The notes under the pieces were generated by a model. That model had not been told where the DNA came from. It did no database searches and saw nothing but the letters and a program-made list of their open reading frames with translations. A DNA stretch of 64,000 nt from Ranitomeya imitator (Eukaryota), in contig NC_091288.1 in NCBI RefSeq assembly GCF_032444005.1, forward strand, positions 15,934,001 through 15,998,000, given 5' to 3'. The position numbers and the translations under genes were made by a program. This document shows positions 17,592 through 33,278 of this stretch, piece by piece; positions within the stretch are counted from its first letter, which is position 1; each line of letters opens with the position of its first letter.

Positions 17592-18782
17592 TTTTTGGGG
17601 ATGGCGCGCACGCCGCCTCCCAGGTCGTGGGGTGGTACCGCTATATCGATGACCTTTTGATCATTTGGCAAGGGTCAGAGACTGATCTTTCTGCGTTTTT
17701 CTCCTTCTTGAATAAGAATGAGTACAACATTAAGTTGACATTCAAATATCATGATCGTAAAATAGACTTTTTGGATATCCAGATTTCGGTTGAGGTGGAT
17801 AATACAATTCAAACAGACGTATTTAGGAAGGAAACTTCCGTCAACGCCCTCCTCCATGCTTCATCGGCTCACATTCCATCCACGGTGCGGGCGATCCCGA
17901 TAGACCAGTTCTTGCGCATCAGGCGTTTGTACTCCACGGCCGAGCGCTTTGAGGTGCAGGCGCTTGACCTTCGGGATCGGTTCCGCGCACGCATGTGGTT
18001 ATAGTAACCGGTGTATTAAGAAAGGTTACAGGAGGGCCAGGGCATCCGCTCGTGGCCAGCTCCTGTCGGGCTCCAGGGGAGATAGGGATAACTCGAATCA
18101 AATAAGGTTCATCTCTACATACAATAACAGGTGGAGTACGGTTCGTAGTATCCTTAATAAACATTGGTCAATTCTCAAAACTGAACCCGTTATTGGTGGT
18201 CTACTCCCTGAGAGACCCATTCTGACAGCAAGGAGGAGTAATAATCTGAGGGACTTGCTGGTCAGGAGTCACTATGTGGCAACCCCCTCTCTCCCATTTT
18301 ACACGGGGAGACCACGACAGGGATGTTTCCCGTGCGGCTCTTGCAAAGCCTGTCGCAACATTGTGCGGGCGGTGGATTTTCAGTCATCAGATGGTAGGAA
18401 GACTTTTAAGATTAGGGAATATATATCGTGCAGCAGTGACTTCGTGGTCTACTATGCCACTTGTCCCTGCGGCCTGATATATATCGGTCTTACCTCGAGG
18501 GAATTGCGTATAAGAACGCGAGAGCACGTGAGGGACATTATGGCGGCCCAGTCCTTTGCTGATGTAGCCTCCTTGAAAACGATCCCCCGGCATTTCAGGC
18601 TGCGCCATGCATGTAATCCGGACTTACTTAAAGTCCGCGGGATTGATCATGTACATGGTGGCATCAGAGGTGGCGACCTGAAACGTAGGCTGGCGCAGCT
18701 TGAGTGTCGGTGGATCGTCACATTAGATACTATGACCCCTTCTGGGTTAAATGAACAAATTAGTTTTTCCCCCTTTTTATAA
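17592..18782 (+). pseudogene. Penelope RT/GIY-YIG ORF remnant, frameshifted near 17990-18004
   Basis: ORFs 17588-18004 and 17949-18782 carry consecutive parts of the protein in different frames. Confidence 0.85.
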
Positions 18783-19490
18783 CCCACTGCGTCTGCTTTG
18801 GGGTGCCCGGTGCCATATTAGCGATGTTTTAATTGGTGTTTCACTGCAGTCCTTGTTTTTAATTAGTGTGTTTTTTGTGTCTTCTTTTATTGTTTTTTTA
18901 ATCAGAACTTGCTACACTGGACTTAGTGCATTTGTCCCGACACCATGCCACATGCTCCTTATGACCGGTCGTCTCATGGAACACTGACGTCTCTCTGGCA
19001 CATCTACGGCCCTTATGTGTCTTTACATCAAGGATGGACCTCGGACTTGTGTCGGCGCTAATTATTTCTCTACTGCTTTTTATTAATATTGCCACATTGC
19101 GTTTTGTATGTATTCATATATGGTTTGACATCACTATTATGATTATGCGTGGTAATGTGGGTATTATTGTTGATATAGCGCCTTGTCCTGGTCTGCCGCC
19201 CTTACCTAATATGGCGTCGGAACTCTTCCGGCCGTGCTATGCGCATGTGCGCGGTTGTCTCCTCCTCCCTGCATTGTGCCCGGCGTCTATACGCGGCGAT
19301 GTTTACCATCTCCATGGGGATGTCTTTTCCCATGGTACATTGCCTCGTGACGCCGCGCGGGATGATGGGGATTTGGGCGGCCCCGCCCACATGCGCTCTG
19401 CTGACGCGGCCGGATGTGTTCATGGGTATTTTCGGCTATTGGTTATCCAGTCTTGAGCGGCATATATAAACCTGTGGTTAGGCACTTGTT

Positions 19491-19538
19491 ACACACTGCT
19501 CCCTGAAGAAGCGGAAGCGAAACGCGTGTTGGGGTGTG
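19491..19538 (+). ncRNA. Minimal type I hammerhead ribozyme motif in the Penelope terminal repeat
   Basis: CTGAAGA (19503-19509), A, GC-GGAA-GC stem II, GAAAC-GCGT-GTT, stem I formed by CACAC..TCC with GGGGTGTG; putative cleavage 3' of 19530. Confidence 0.6.
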
Positions 19539-20158
19539 CGCGGTGTTCAGTGCTGTCCTATGGGCGAGACGTTCCTCTATCCAGCATCTGCTCTTGATTC
19601 ACTTTGCTCACATAGATATCATGGATAAGATGTGGGGTTATTATACCTCTTTATATGTATAGCTCTGAGAGCAGGCTGGTGGGTATATATTGCTCACCCA
19701 TCTATGTATTTCTACTGCTGGGGTTACTCATATATGTATTGTTGGGTACTGGAAGTAGATGATGTTATTGTTTGAGTACCCTTGTACCTTGGACAGCCTG
19801 TCACTGCCTGTATGTGTCATTGCATAAATTACCTGTCCAGTAATTTTGGATTTTATTGTGTGTTTCTATTTTGTATATTGTTGTATTTTGTGCTAACAAA
19901 GCTTTGTACTATTTTTCTAATTAGTTTATTTCTTTGGTATTTCTATTTATTTATATTTACTACCTGTAGTTGGGAATTGTAACTCTTCTTGGTTTCTTAT
20001 GGTTATTATATTGCTCTTTACAGTTTTTCCCCTAATATGGTCTTTACATATTATCAGTTCTGGTCTATGTATAAAATATCAGTTCTCTTCCTGATCTTAG
20101 GATCTCGGCTTTTAGTTGAGATCTGTGCTGCACTTTATGTACATGCTCAGTAGTGACG

Positions 20159-20210
20159 CAGGGCTGTGGAGTTGGAGTCGGAGGTTTGGTTTACCGACTC
20201 CACAGCCCTA
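20159..20210. mobile_element. Minimal hAT-like TIR pair (~52 bp)
   Basis: CAGGGCTGTGGAGTTGG ... CCGACTCCACAGCCCTA; no TSD found. Confidence 0.55.
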
Positions 20211-20237
20211 GGAAAAACAGAAATTGTAATGAAAATA

Positions 20238-20243
20238 TTTATT
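20238..20243 (-). terminator. Candidate polyadenylation signal of gene B
   Basis: Minus-strand AATAAA about 53 nt after the stop. Confidence 0.55.
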
Positions 20244-20295
20244 TGAAAGGTGTCTGAAAAAGGAACATTTTATCTCATACACATAATGCAGCCAT

Positions 20296-23468
<3,173 letters not shown>

Positions 23469-23548
23469 GGTGTCGGCTGTGGATCTCCAAGCTCCGGTGA
23501 GTTAGGACTTCGGATGTGGAGGGTTTCTGTCCTCTGTGTTCTCCTCCC

Positions 23549-23558
23549 TATATATATA
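23549..23558 (-). promoter_or_regulatory. TATA box of gene B
   Basis: TATATATATA about 80 nt upstream of the ATG. Confidence 0.7.
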
Positions 23559-24866
23559 GGAGTCAGCAGAGTCCTTAGTAACAGGAGCCGGGGGCAGGTG
23601 ACCCCCAATCTCCAGGACACCAGAGCCCTGCCCTGTGTATAACACAACACAACCGTTACCAGGTATCACCTCCAGGGCAGAGGAGAATGGAGGGAAGCAG
23701 AGAGGGAAACCCAGAGGGAGGGAAAAGTGGGAATAAGGAGGGAAAAAGCACAGACTGCAGAGACTTTGGGTCGTGTAACTATTAGTATCATTGCATCTTC
23801 TGTATCTTATATCAGCTTCAATTATTATATTAGAAGCTGCACCAATCCGCCCCATTCCGATAGCTTACTACAATGTATCAGCGCAAGTAGAATATATTAT
23901 AGACTGTATATAACAGGGGCCGACATGTACCATAATTAGTGCAACCTGGGCCCGAGAGGTAAGGGGCCGCTATTGACTCAAAAGCAGGTGGAAATGTGCA
24001 TTATGATTAGTATTGTTCTCGCCCAGGGGCCTTTTCTGTCTGTGTCCGCTTCTGGTGTATAAATAATCATAATTAGCAAAAAATACACTAAAAAATACAT
24101 AATAAATAATCCAAAAGAGATCAACTCCTCGCTAAATTTTATTTTAGGGAAAATATATGATTACAAGATTAAAGAGTAAAAATATATTTTCATTTACAAT
24201 TTTTTAATTTTAAGATTTAAAAATATCTAATAATCCCATTTGTGGATGTGAGGTTCTGGTATATCAGTCCACATTAAACTGCAGCATTTCTGAGTTGGAA
24301 GTGAGTGCCGGATTATGAGATTTTCTGGATTATCAGAATTTGGATTTATTAGTGATGTTATAGTATTTTCATGTTAATCGGTAGACTGAAGTTGTGCTTG
24401 ACCCCCCTCAAACTGTTACCGGCTTGTATACCCTCACCATAGAGATGTGACCTCATCTATATACCCCTCGTGTTGGGTTTCCTCAGCTATATAGCTGCTC
24501 TCTTTGTATCTGGTGATTGGTTATAACGCTTCCCTAGATACAATGTAACTCTTTGTGTTTGAGAACAATTGGTTGCTATGGGAGACTGTAAACAAAGTCA
24601 GGAGGTTTATGCAGCTACCTACAGACTGTGCTCAGGTGTGGAACAGGATCAATGACAAAGATAAAAATGAGACCCCCTTTCAGCTGCTGCCTGACACCAG
24701 CACAAAACAAAGGAGGTCCTGCTGCTTCTTTCCCATTTTTGGTACTTATGCACTTTTTCCACTTTGTTTCCCTCCATCCATTAGATGGAGACAAGACCAA
24801 CCTGGAAGGAGCCCACTGTCCCTTGGAGCAACATAGCAGCTACATGGGCTCCTACATCACTATGTA

Positions 24867-26922
24867 CAACCCCTGGCAAAAATTATGGAATCACCGTCCT
24901 TGGAAGATGTTCATTCAGTTGTTTAATTTTGTAGAAAAAAAGCAGATCACAGACATGGCACAAAACTAAAGTCATTTCAAATGGCAACTTTCTGGCTTTA
25001 AGAAACACTAAAAGAAATCAAGAACAAAAAATGTGGTAGTCAGTAATGGTTACTTTTTTTTAGTTAAGCATAGGGGAAAAATTATGGAATCACTCAATTC
25101 TGAGGAAAGAATTATGGAATCATCAAAAATAAACAAACAAAAAAATCACTCCAACACATCACTAGTATTTTGGCTTTTCTAACAGCTTGCAGTCTCTGAG
25201 GCCTGGACTAAGGGTCTGAGGGTCACACAGGACTCTTCATCAATCTGGCTCCAACGTTCTCTGCTGTTGCCAGATCAGCTTTGCAGGTTGGATTCTTGTC
25301 ATCGACCATTTTCTTCAACTTCCACCAAAGATTTTATATTGGATTGAGATCCGGACTATTTGCAGCCATGACATTGACCTTATGTGTCTTTTTTCCAGGA
25401 ATGTTTGCGCAGTTTTTGCTCTATGGCAGGATGCATTATCATCTTGAAAAATGATTTCATTATCCCCAAACATCTTTTCAATTGATGGGATAAGAAAAGT
25501 GTCCAAAATATCAACATAAACTTGTGCATTTATTGAAGATGTAATGACAGCCATCTCCCCAGTGCCTTTACCTGACATGCAGCCCCATATCATCAATGAC
25601 TGTGGACATTTGCATGTTCTCTTCAGGCAGTCATCTTTATAAATCTCATTGGAACGGCACCAAACAAAAGTTCCAGCATCATCACCTTGCCCAATGCAGA
25701 TCCGCGATTCATCACTGAATATGACTTTCATCCAGTCATCCACAGTCCACCATTGCTTTTCCTTAGCCCATTGTAACTTAGTTTTTATCCGTATAGGTGT
25801 TAATGATGGCTTTCATTTAGCTTTTCTGTATGTAAATCCCATTTCCTTTAGGCGGTTTCTTAGGGTATGTTTCCACGTGCAGTAAACGCTGTGTTTGACG
25901 CTGCATAGAGACGCAGCGTCAAACACGCAGCGTCCAGATGTTACAGCATAGTGGAGGGGATTGAATGAAATCCCGTCTCCACTATGCGTGGTAACACGCA
26001 CGCGGCGGCCCTGCGACTCCGGACATGCGGCGCGTCTTTTAAGATTGCAGCATGTCCGTATACCTTGTGGCGACGCTGCGTCGCCGCAAGGTATAACACA
26101 GGGCCCTATGGTGGGGTGCGATGATCCCGGATATGTGCTATGAACACATCCAGCATCATCACGTCCCAGAAGGGGGCAGAGCTTAGCGCTGAGCGGGTTT
26201 GCCACTCCGACTAAACCGCCGGCCATCCTGAAGGTGGACACATACCCTTACAGTTCGGTCACAGATATTGACTCCAGTTTCCACCCATTCGTTCCTCATT
26301 TGTTTTGTTGCGCATTTCCTGTTTTGGAGACATATTGCTTTAAGTTTCCGGTCTTGACGCTTTGATGTCTTCCTTGGTCTACCAGTATGTTTGCCTTTAA
26401 CAACCTTCCCATGTTGTTTGTATTTAGTCCAGATTTTAGACACAGCTGACTGGGAACAACCAACATCTTTTGCAACATTGCGTGATGATTTACCCGTTTT
26501 ATTAATCCTCTCCTTTGTTTCAATTGACATCTCTCGTGTTGGAGCCATGATTCATGTCAGTCTACTTGGTACATCAGGTCTCCAAGGTGTGATCACTCCT
26601 TTTTAGATGCAGACTAACGAGCAGATCTAATTTGATGAAGGTGTTATTTTTGGGTATGAAAATTTACAGGGTGATTCCATAATTTTTTCCTCAGAATTGA
26701 GTGATTCCATAATTTTTCCCCTATGCTTGGTTAAAAAAAAGTAACCATTACTGACTACCACATTTTTGTTCTTGATTTCTTTTAGTGTTTCCTAAAGCCA
26801 GAAAGTTGCCATTTGAAATGACTTTAGTTTTGTGCCATGTCTGTGATCGGCTTTTTTCTACAAAATTAAACTGAATGAACATCCTCCAAGGCCGGTGATT
26901 CCATAATTTATGCCAGGGGTTG
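24867..26922 (-). mobile_element. Tc1-family transposon with long TIRs and a defective transposase
   Basis: TA flanks; TIR CAACCCCTGGCA(A/T)AAATTATGGAATCAC with internal repeats; transposase pieces MAPTREMSIETKERI, RNRLKEMGF, VIFSDESR and FQDDNASCH; CGA>TGA-type stop near 25813 and a MITE insertion. Confidence 0.92.
25863..26247. mobile_element. Harbinger-type MITE inserted in the Tc1 transposase
   Basis: TIR GGGTATGTTTCCAC / GTGGACACATACCC; TTA TSD at 25860-25862 and 26248-26250; removing it rejoins ICDRTV-RNRLKEMG. Confidence 0.88.
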
Positions 26923-26929
26923 TACACCC

Positions 26930-27275
26930 TTAACAGAAGGAGAAGCTGGTCACAATGGTTGATGTCCGGGGAAAGATTCATTGTCATTCGTATTTTATTC
27001 ATTGACATCTCTGCTGTTTTTATTCATGAGTCCATTGAGAGGTCCAACTAGCGATTGACAGCTATCTCAGCATGCACAACTATAGAGGGAAGACTGTCAA
27101 TCACCGATAGGACCGCCCACTGGACTCATGCATACAAACATCGGGGATTTCAATGAATAAAATGCAATTTTTAGTGACACTTTTCTCAGAAATACCAATT
27201 TTATCAGCTTCACCTGCCCTATAACATCCTGCCTGCAGATCAGACACCATATTCAACATGACAGGTTCCCCTTAA
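26930..27275. mobile_element. T2/Kolobok-like MITE remnant
   Basis: Internal GGACCGCCCACTGGACTC and right end ATGACAGGTTCCCCTTAA, shared with 54422-54847 and the end at about 42140-42162. Confidence 0.6.
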
Positions 27276-27991
27276 GACCATACTAAAATAAGAGGCTATA
27301 TGGGGTGCATATAGGGCCGGCCGTAGGGGTGTGCGACCAGTAACCTGAACATACGCATGGCCCATCCCATCCCCCTCTGCTAAAATCTATGCAGCAGATG
27401 TATAATGCTGCTGCTGAGGGTCCCACGTATAAAGGGCTTTTCATAAGTATACAGTGTATCAGTCTATTATTATAAAAATGTCTGATAATTGCAGGTCCCA
27501 GAGGTGAGGTCAGTATCAGTATTGGTGTCTGAGGGGGATCATATGCACCACATTCCTTTTAGTTTGGGGATGGTGAAAGGAGTTAGTGGTGGTCTGGAAC
27601 ATGGAGGTCTACGTATATCATTATTGGGTCCACATTGACTTGTAGGATCGCTACCTTCCAGTAGGTGGCACTAGAGTTCTAGCTCTCTTCCTCTGTGAAG
27701 AGACAATTTACATAATTAAGATTATTTATAGGCGTCAGAGCTTTGCTTCCCGATACAGAGCTCCAAATCTTCTGCTTTTCTTTACACCACCTTCCCCTGC
27801 CTGCAGACATTGGTGATAAACCACTGGGCAGGGTGCTCCCCCTAGTGGCAGCACAAAGAATTAGATCATTTAAAGGGGTTGTCCATATTTGCACAACCCA
27901 CAGTGTGCTGAACAAAATAAAAAATAAGTATATTTGAAACTGTTAAACTGTAAAGCGCTGCGGAATATGTTGGCGCTATATAAAGATTATT

Positions 27992-29213
27992 AATGACGGT
28001 GAGTCATTGGACGTGGTATATCTCGATTTTTCCAAAGCGTTTGATACAGTGCCGCACAAGAGGTTGGTACACAAAATGAGAATGCTTGGTCTGGGGGAAA
28101 ATGTGTGTAAATGGGTTAGTAACTGGCTTAGTGATAGAAAGCAGAGGGTGGTTATAAATGGTATAGTCTCTAACTGGGTCGCTGTGACCAGTGGGGTACC
28201 GCAGGGGTCAGTATTGGGACCTGTTCTCTTCAACATATTCATTAATGATCTGGTAGAAGGTTTACACAGTAAAATATCGATATTTGCAGATGATACAAAA
28301 CTATGTAAAGCAGTTAATACAAGAGAAGATAGTATTCTGCTACAGATGGATCTGGATAAGTTGGAAACTTGGGCTGAAAGGTGGCAGATGAGGTTTAACA
28401 ATGATAAATGTAAGGTTATACACATGGGAAGAGGGAATCAATATCACCATTACACACTGAACGGGAAACCACTGGGTAAATCTGACAGGGAGAAGGACTT
28501 GGGGATCCTAGTTAATGATAAACTTACCTGGAGCAGCCAGTGCCAGGCAGCAGCTGCCAAGGCAAACAGGATCATGGGGTGCATTAAAAGAGGTCTGGAT
28601 ACACATGATGAGAGCATTATACTGCCTCTGTACAAATCCCTAGTTAGACCGCACATGGAGTACTGTGTCCAGTTTTGGGCACCGGTGCTCAGGAAGGATA
28701 TAATGGAACTAGAGAGAGTACAAAGGAGGGCAACAAAATTAATAAAGGGGATGGGAGAACTACAATACCCAGATAGATTAGCGAAATTAGGATTATTTAG
28801 TCTAGAAAAAAGACGACTGAGGGGCGATCTAATAACCATGTATAAGTATATAAGGGGACAATACAAATATCTCGCTGAGGATCTGTTTATACCAAGGAAG
28901 GTGACGGGCACAAGGGGGCATTCTTTGCGTCTGGAGGAGAGAAGGTTTTTCCACCAACATAGAAGAGGATTCTTTACTGTTAGGGCAGTGAGAATCTGGA
29001 ATTGCTTGCCTGAGGAGGTGGTGATGGCGAACTCAGTCGAGGGGTTCAAGAGAGGCCTGGATGTCTTCCTGGAGCAGAACAATATTGTATCATACAATTA
29101 TTAGGTTCTGTAGAAGGACGTAGATCTGGGGATTTATTATAATGGAATATAGGCTGAACTGGATGGACAAATGTCTTTTTTCGGCCTTACTAACTATGTT
29201 ACTATGTTACTAT
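27992..29213 (+). mobile_element. 5'-truncated CR1 LINE with uninterrupted RT C-terminus
   Basis: ORF 28007-29104: VYLDFSKAFDTVPH, GVPQGSVLGP, IFADDTKL, ERVQRRATK; 3' UTR ending in TATGTTAC repeats; preceded by an older L2-like tail at about 27940-27992. Confidence 0.93.
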
Positions 29214-29882
29214 ATTATAACCAGTGGGCCGGCGCTTCTTTTTCGCTCTAAACAGTCTAATGACATTGTTATGTTATATGAGCGCTGCAGACGATCAGCG
29301 GCTGAGCCTTCATAATAATGTTTGTGTAAGGGCTACAGCCAATCAGCCGCCGCGGATCGGCTGCAGCGCTCATGTGACATTGTTGGCTTTTCTTACTGCA
29401 TACGACAAATGCACTTTGCTAAATACAGCGTGAAGAAGCCTTGGATGAAAACCCAAACCCGGATCTTCTAGGCAGGAACAATAGAGATTTTTACATATTT
29501 CACTCTTCTATTCACATGTTCACGGTGAAGTTATAACTTACACAGACACAAAAGTTAGTACCGCCCCCCCCCCCATTATTTACCATATAGACGCAGCCAT
29601 AATAATGCACGGCCCAGTTCTGCCTCTTATTTTCCTACATTTTATCTGAATAAAGCAGACGCCGATTGTCGGCCCTGACGGCTGTGACGGGCAGATAACT
29701 GCAGGCGCTACGTGACCCCGAGAACAATTGGTGCCATGATGCCAGGCGTTTGCTCTCCACCGGGCGAGGAGACGTTTGTTGAGTAGCTGCGGATGGAGAC
29801 ATGTTGTGGTCCAGGACGTCTGTAGATCAGAAGCGTCTTATTGTAATAAAGTCTCAATGTGCAGGAGGGGATACTTGGTATT

Positions 29883-29953
29883 CTGTAACTTGTATGTAAC
29901 CCCTTCTCATGTACAGCACCATGGAATCAATGGTGCTATATAAATAATAATAA
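29883..29953 (+). mobile_element. L2-like 3' tail fragment
   Basis: CATGTACAGCACCATGGAATCAATGGTGCTATATAAATAATAATAAT, reverse complement of part of 21840-21915. Confidence 0.65.
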
Positions 29954-30495
29954 TTCCCAGTGACCAAAACGATTAATTGTCACATTGTTTTACCCTCAAA
30001 GTGATTCCTGGAAGAAATGTTACACAGCGCCACTGTTTTTTTTGTTTATCCGACTTTACATAAAATGGAATAAAAGGTGATCAAAATCTTATATCTCAAA
30101 ACAGAATCAATAAAGCATTTTGGAAATGACCTGACTGTTGTGGGATGAAACTGTGAAGCTCTCACAAGGTCGTCTGTCCTACCGTATACACGGTGAGCTG
30201 CTCCCTACATATACTGTTATCTTCCCATAGGGCCCCATTCGTCACACAGAGGTCGTCTGAACAATATGCATCTTTGTTTCACTGGATAAGAAAGCACCGC
30301 ACTATTCTATAAAGAGCAGCACTGCAAAGAATTGTATACAATGGGTCTCTATGGTGGATGGAAATGAAGCATCTACCCTGACTGCATCCACCATAGCTCC
30401 TGAACATATGAGCACAATGTCGTTGTGTCTAGCTAACCTCACCTATATATTATTTTTATACACCCTGGGGTAACGTCCTCCTGGAATCACCAAAC

Positions 30496-31275
30496 TGTTG
30501 TGAATTCTGTTATCGAACTCCCTCCTGTGGTCATGAATGATACTTCGGCGAGTTCTGTCCATGGACTCCCTCTGGTGGCTGAGTGGAGCTGCTGCTTCTG
30601 AGGTTCCTTCCACAGGTGACGTGGTTTATCCTTTGGTTGGCTGCTCTATTTAACTCCGCTCAGATCGTTACTCCATGCCAGCTGTCAATGTTCTTGTACT
30701 GGTTCAGTTCGCTCTTGGATCTTACGGGTGACCTGTCTACTCCAGCAGAAGCTAAGTCCCTGCTAGTTTATTATTTGTTCGTTTTCTTGTCCAGCTTGCT
30801 ATCATGATTTTGCCGTGCTAGCTGGAAGCTCTGGGATGCAGAGTGGCACCTCCGCACGGTGAGTCTGTGCGGAGGTCTTTTTGCACACTCTGCGTGGTTT
30901 TTTGTGCTGACCGCAAAGATACCTTTCCTATCCTCAGTCTGTTTAGTTAGTCTGGCCTCCCTTTGCTGAAACTTGTTTCATTCCTGTGTTTGTGACTTTC
31001 ATCTTTACTCACAGTCAATATATGTGGGGGGCTGCCTTTTCCTTTGGGAAATTTCTCTGAGGCAAGGTAGGCTTTATTTTCTATCTCTAGGGCTAGTTAG
31101 CTCTTAGGCTGTGAAGAGGCGTCTAGGCAGAGTTAGGTACGCTCCACGGCTATTTCTAGTGTGTGTGATAGGATTAGGGGTTGCGGTCAGCAGAGCTCCC
31201 ACTTCCCAGAGCTAGTTCTGTGTCAGTTTAACCATCAGGTCGTTCCAGGTGCTCCTAACCCCCAGGTCCATAACA
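30496..31275 (+). mobile_element. Solo LTR (780 bp), chromovirus-related
   Basis: TGTTG...TAACA ends; CCAAAC TSD (30490-30495, 31276-31281); shares motifs with the LTRs at 33279 and 38218. Confidence 0.92.
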
Positions 31276-31281
31276 CCAAAC

Positions 31282-31480
31282 CCAGACTCCTCCATCAGAT
31301 AGAGAAGTGTGATCCGTCACTGCACAGAACACGTCTCCTCCAGAGTCCAGTGGTGGCGGCTTTACACCGCTCCATCCGACGCTCGGCATTGTGCTTGGTG
31401 ACGTACAGCTGCATGCAGCTGCTCGGCCATGAAGCTCCTGGCGGGGGGCACAGTGTTTGTGCTGATACCAGAGGAGGTCT
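31282..31480 (-). mobile_element. Decayed Tc1 transposase fragment split by the solo LTR
   Basis: Minus strand resembles the (R)RMEWCKA..HWTL...VL..D.S segment before the first catalytic Asp; appears to continue left of the LTR at about 30470-30495. Confidence 0.55.
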
Positions 31481-32569
31481 GGACTCTGTAGTTATGGTGA
31501 CTTTTCTCCCTTCTGCTTCTCAGCACCCGTCCCCCCGCTCTGTAACATTACAGGGTCTCCACTTCATGAGTGAATTTCTGCGGTTCCTTCTACTCAATAA
31601 TATCACTCACAGCTGATGGAGAAAGTCATGAAATGACTTGTTACCCCAGGGGCTCCTATCAGGGCCGCCATGAGAGCATTACTGCCCTTACTGCTGCATG
31701 GGGCCCGGTGAGCAGAAGAGAAGAGGGGGGACCGGACCCAATCTGGGACCCCGCCTCTTGTGCTTCTGCTCACTGGGCTTCAGGGTATAATATACTGTGC
31801 ACTGGTGCCAGGAGCTTTCCTGCCTGGTGCTGCACAGCCGTCAACTCCAGGGCTTCCTCCTCCTGCTTCTTCTGTGGTGCGCTGGTGAAGACATGTACGC
31901 TATGACGTCATCGCGTACACACCAGTATGTACATGCGCCACTCGCCAGGAGGACAGTAGAAGTGGAGCTGCAGGGGATCCTCTGAGAGGTATGGAAAACT
32001 TTTTTTTAATAAAATTAATGAAATGAGTGTGAGGAGGGGGACAAATGCGGATGAATTGAAACTGGGGGAAGCAAATAATGATGAATTGATACTGGGGTGG
32101 GGAACAGCAAATGGTGATGAATTGAGACTGGGGGTCGGGCATACCAAATAATGATCGAGACTGGGGTGTGGGAGACAGCAAATGAGGATGAATTGAGATT
32201 GGGGTAGGGGACAGCAAATATTGTTTGTGACTGATGAGTGGAGAACAGAAAATAATTGAGACGGGGTGGGGGACAGCAAATGATTATGAATTGAGACTGG
32301 GGGATGGGGAACAGTAAATGTTGAGGACTTGAGGGTGGAGGAGAGCAAATGATCAACTGATGGGCTCCTGTTACTGTGCAGAGTGGCACTATATCACCTT
32401 TTTCTTTATCTGGCATAGTGTAGAAGTTGTGGGGAATACAGTCTGGAAGTGGTGCTCTAGATATCTATTATTTTCTGCAGAGACAAGTCTTGGCTGGAAG
32501 AAGTGATTGCGGTCTGTGCTGAATGAAGAAAAGAGAAGATGAAGGACTTCAACTAGAGATGTCACTGGT

Positions 32570-33278
32570 GAGTCAGTCTGTTACCTGTACACTGACAATA
32601 TACAGTATATACAGAGCTCCTGTGTATAATACCACCAGCGATCACTGCATTACCTGTACACTATATAGAAGGCTACTGTGTATAATGTCACTGGTGATCC
32701 ATGTATTACCTGTACACTGACACTATATACAGAGCTCCTATGTATAATGTCACTGGTGATCACTGTATTACCTGTACTCTTGACACTATATATAGAGCTC
32801 CTGTGTATGTTACTGGTGATCACTGTATTACCTGTACTCTGACACTATATATAGATCTCCTGTGTATGTCACTGATGCCTGAACACTGACACTATATACA
32901 GAGCTCCTGTGTATAATGTCCCTGGTGACCACTGTACTACCTGTACACTGACACTATATACAGAGCTCCTGTGTATGATACTACCAGTTTTCACTGCATT
33001 ACCTGTACACTATATAGAAGGCTACTGTGTATAATGTCACTGGTGATCCATGTATTACCTGTACACTGACACTATATACAGAGCTCCTGTGTATGTTACT
33101 GGTGTTCACTGTATTACCTGTACTGACACTATATATAGAGCTCCTGTGTATGTCACTGATAATGCCTGTATTACCTGTACACTGACACTATATACAGAGC
33201 TCCTGTGTGTAATATCACTGGTGATCACTATATTACCTGTACACTGACACTATATATAGAGCTCCTGTGTATATAATG
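32570..33278. repeat. ~60-bp minisatellite (ACACTGACACTATATACAGAGCTCCTGTGTATAATGTCACTGGTGATCACTGTATTACCTGT), resuming at 38966-39160
   Basis: Visible tandem copies on both sides of the LTR element. Confidence 0.85.

Larger units (their letters stand above)
17283..20008 (+). mobile_element. 5'-truncated Penelope-like retroelement with inverted partial terminal repeat
   Basis: RT C-terminus (WYRYIDDLLIIW) and GIY-YIG endonuclease (VVYYATCPCGLIYIGLT..LRIRTREH); 17283-17591 is the inverted copy of 19698-20008. Confidence 0.9.
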
